Shown here piece by piece: positions 61,676 through 64,000 of a stretch of 64,000 nt of DNA (position 1 is its first letter; every line of letters begins with the position of its first letter). The translations under genes and the position numbers were made by a program. Under the pieces are notes generated by a model. It made no database searches and was not told where the DNA came from. It saw only the letters and a program-made list of their open reading frames with translations. Location of the stretch: positions 62,001 through 126,000 of the forward strand of contig JAHRHZ010000110.1 of the NCBI GenBank assembly GCA_024137785.1, read 5' to 3'. This stretch comes from Ginglymostoma cirratum. Lineage: Eukaryota.

Positions 61676-63126
61676 CTGACTCTAAATGTTTTTGTATCAT
61701 TTAGGGTTTTAAAATTGTCTGTTCCAAAGTCTGAGGCTTATTATTATCTGTTCAGAAGAAAGGTTTCCCAAATACCCGAAACCCAGGTATAAGCGAAAAT
61801 AACTTCAAATTGCATTCATTGAAATCGCAATTGACCTCTACTAGTTTTATTCTTCCAAAATAAAGGCTGGAACTTTCATTGTGGAGACAAGGCGATAGCC
61901 TGAACCCAACCACTGCAAAGGCATTATTACCACCAATTAGCCCGGGTTGCGGATGCATACAAAGTGGTTCTGCAGCCTGTCTGCTATGTGTTTTGTTTAA
62001 TTTGCAGTGTCACTTGTGTTCCCCCTTAGAAACATGGGCAGGTCGAGCCTCATGTAATCTTTCCCTGTTGTAAACAGGCTATGGTTTTATAGCACCATCT
62101 ACGCATTAAATCTTGGTCGGGGATTCCAAACACTAGGTTTAAAAACCAATGAGTTCATATCTTGCCATCATTTATTCTCGCTGTGTTCAAACTTTAACCA
62201 AGTTTCCACAGTAATAATTCGTTAACCTCTGGAAGAAATGCTACCAAACACATCTGAAGAATTTCGGATTGATGGGTCTTGAAATTTTAAGGAGAAGGAA
62301 GGGAAGTTTGCTCGAATCTATTTAGTTTGGAGATCTGCACACACATAAAATGATTGCGGTTGTCCATTGAAATGCTTCCCGACTCAGAGCTGTCTGAACC
62401 TCAGTGAAGTTTCTTTAATAAACTCTCCCCGGGGCTTCCAGCTGCACCATGAGATCATGTGGTATGAACGGTGATGGCCTTCAACTATTGTGACGCAATA
62501 ATAATGCTGGTTCCTGAATTAGTTGTGCGTCACGTGGTACTGAATCCTTCAATGAAAAGTAATTACATCCCCAGGTATTTACATGTGTACATTACAGTCA
62601 TAGGCACTTCCATGTCTGACCTTAAGTTAAACAACTCTGGGGGTATTATTTTTCGATCAATGACATTCATGGCGCTTTTTCTCGATCAAGTTCGAGAAAT
62701 ATTGTGTCTTGTTGACTGACTTTGTGGACAAAAACCGGAAAATGGAAGTGGAACCCAGTCCGTGTTTTTTTTAAACCCCTCAAAGATCATTTATGTCTCA
62801 CTTTGTCTCTCCCGGATCCACCCCGTGACATACAGACTGGAATCAGTCCCCCCAGAAACAAGTTTAGAGTTGAATGTATGGAGAAGAAGGAGTAAATTCG
62901 AGGAGAGGGAAGTTGAGACATTGATGTTGAGAAGGCAGAATGAGGGAGTCACAGGGAACGACAGACAGAGATAGGACAAAGTTGTTTAGAGGGACAGAGG
63001 AAGAGACAGCGAGAGAGAGATAAACAGTCATAAAGTTTTGACATTTGTTATCATTTAAAATTTACAAAAAAATCGTTGCGGTCTGACCACTTCCTTAATC
63101 CCGCACACCAGCCAACTCAAAAATGG

Positions 63127-63198
63127 GGGCCTGTGGCACAACCGTAGCGCGTCTCACTCTAGATCAGAAGGTTGCCTATTCAAGTCAAGTCAGGCTGC
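63127..63198 (+). tRNA. tRNA-Trp-derived pseudogene, anticodon CTA
   Basis: gggcctgtggcacaaccgtagcgcgtctcact-CTA-gatcagaaggttgcctattcaagtc; downstream flank paralogous to 16570-17070. Confidence 0.85.
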
Positions 63199-63375
63199 TT
63201 GTGCTTTATTAAAAGATGAATTCCCCATCTTTTAAAATCGCAGCAGAGTTTGTTCTCTGCGGATGTATATTGTTCAATTTCTTCGTTCGATTACAGGCTA
63301 AATTTTGCTTCCAGATTCAGTTGTGTATAATGTTTCAGGCATGTGGTTTATCCATTGGTTGGGCAAGCATTGTAA

Positions 63376-63620
63376 GGGCTGCACGGTGCTTTAGTGATGG
63401 GCACTGCTGGCTTAAAGCCCCAGTGACATGAGTTTGATTCCAGCGCTGGGCGATTGTCTGTGTGGGTTTCCTCTGGTTTCCTCCCACAGTCCAAAGATGT
63501 GCAGACTCGTTGGATAAGCTATGCTAAATTAACCGTCGTGTTCAGGGAGGTTGAGATTTGCTTGGTTGTAAGGGGTTGGGTCGAATGGCCTGTTTTCAAA
63601 CTGTCCGGCTTCTATGATGA
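63376..63620 (+). mobile_element. HE1/V-SINE with internal deletion
   Basis: gggctgcacggtgctttagtg..gtttgattcc head; ttcctcccacagtccaaagatgtgcag core. Confidence 0.8.
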
Positions 63621-64000
63621 TTGTCTGAAATGCCCATTTCTCTCATTGTGAGAAATAAACCACAAACTGTTTACCATGAGGTTCAAATATATAGGCGTCT
63701 TCCTCTGAGCAATTGTTTCGTTCAATTGGTGACAGCGCGGTGTGAATAAACATTACCCTGATATTTTAGGGCTTAATGTACAGACACCCAATTTTTATGT
63801 TGCAGTCGATCAGGAGATTCCAGCTCCTTCTCTAATAGCAAATTGACAGTGAGTTCAGAAAGAATTGTTTCGAAGCAACTACCTGCCACTGAACACAGTT
63901 AAAGAAATCTTTATTCAACAGCAGGGACAAGAACCACAGTCTGACAGCCCCTGTCCCCATTAAGGGTGAGCCTTAATTTTATGAACTGTGTCAGTAAATC

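Larger units (their letters stand above)
60003..61780 (+). repeat. Direct copy of the 55845-57690 module
   Basis: Colinear similarity; same order Ile relic, spacer, CR1, Asp relic, SINE. Confidence 0.9.

Noticed and set aside
54486-63198. Functional amber suppressor tRNAs
   Set aside because: Anticodon, T and acceptor stems are mismatched; reported only as relics

Overview
Vertebrate, AT-rich, non-coding DNA, most likely from a shark or other cartilaginous fish (inferred from HE1/V-type tRNA-SINEs, CR1 LINEs, Penelope-type elements and shark-style C2H2-ZNF remnants). I see no intact protein-coding gene; the ORF track is mostly noise or decayed LINE frames. The window is a decayed tRNA-gene cluster: about 40 tRNA-derived loci of about 13 isotypes, essentially all with damaged stems or A/B boxes, mixed with three C2H2 zinc-finger pseudogene fragments and a YY1/NRF1-type CpG-rich promoter. 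It was built by nested segmental duplications: a ~9.1 kb inverted duplication (15.65-24.79 kb vs 46.31-55.38 kb), a ~0.75 kb inverted duplication ending in a fold-back hairpin, and a ~1.8 kb Ile/Asp module present three times. The most notable hidden system is a family of Penelope-like (GIY-YIG) retroelements whose termini carry minimal hammerhead ribozyme cores (CUGANGA..GAAAC-GUC), inserted as asymmetric inverted pairs with 11-14 bp target-site duplications. Several tRNA relics share unusual anticodons (Ile body with TCT, Trp body with CTA, Ser GGA), and a Pro-AGG relic has an 18-nt insert at the canonical intron site. All coordinates and alignments were read by eye; repeat boundaries are approximate.
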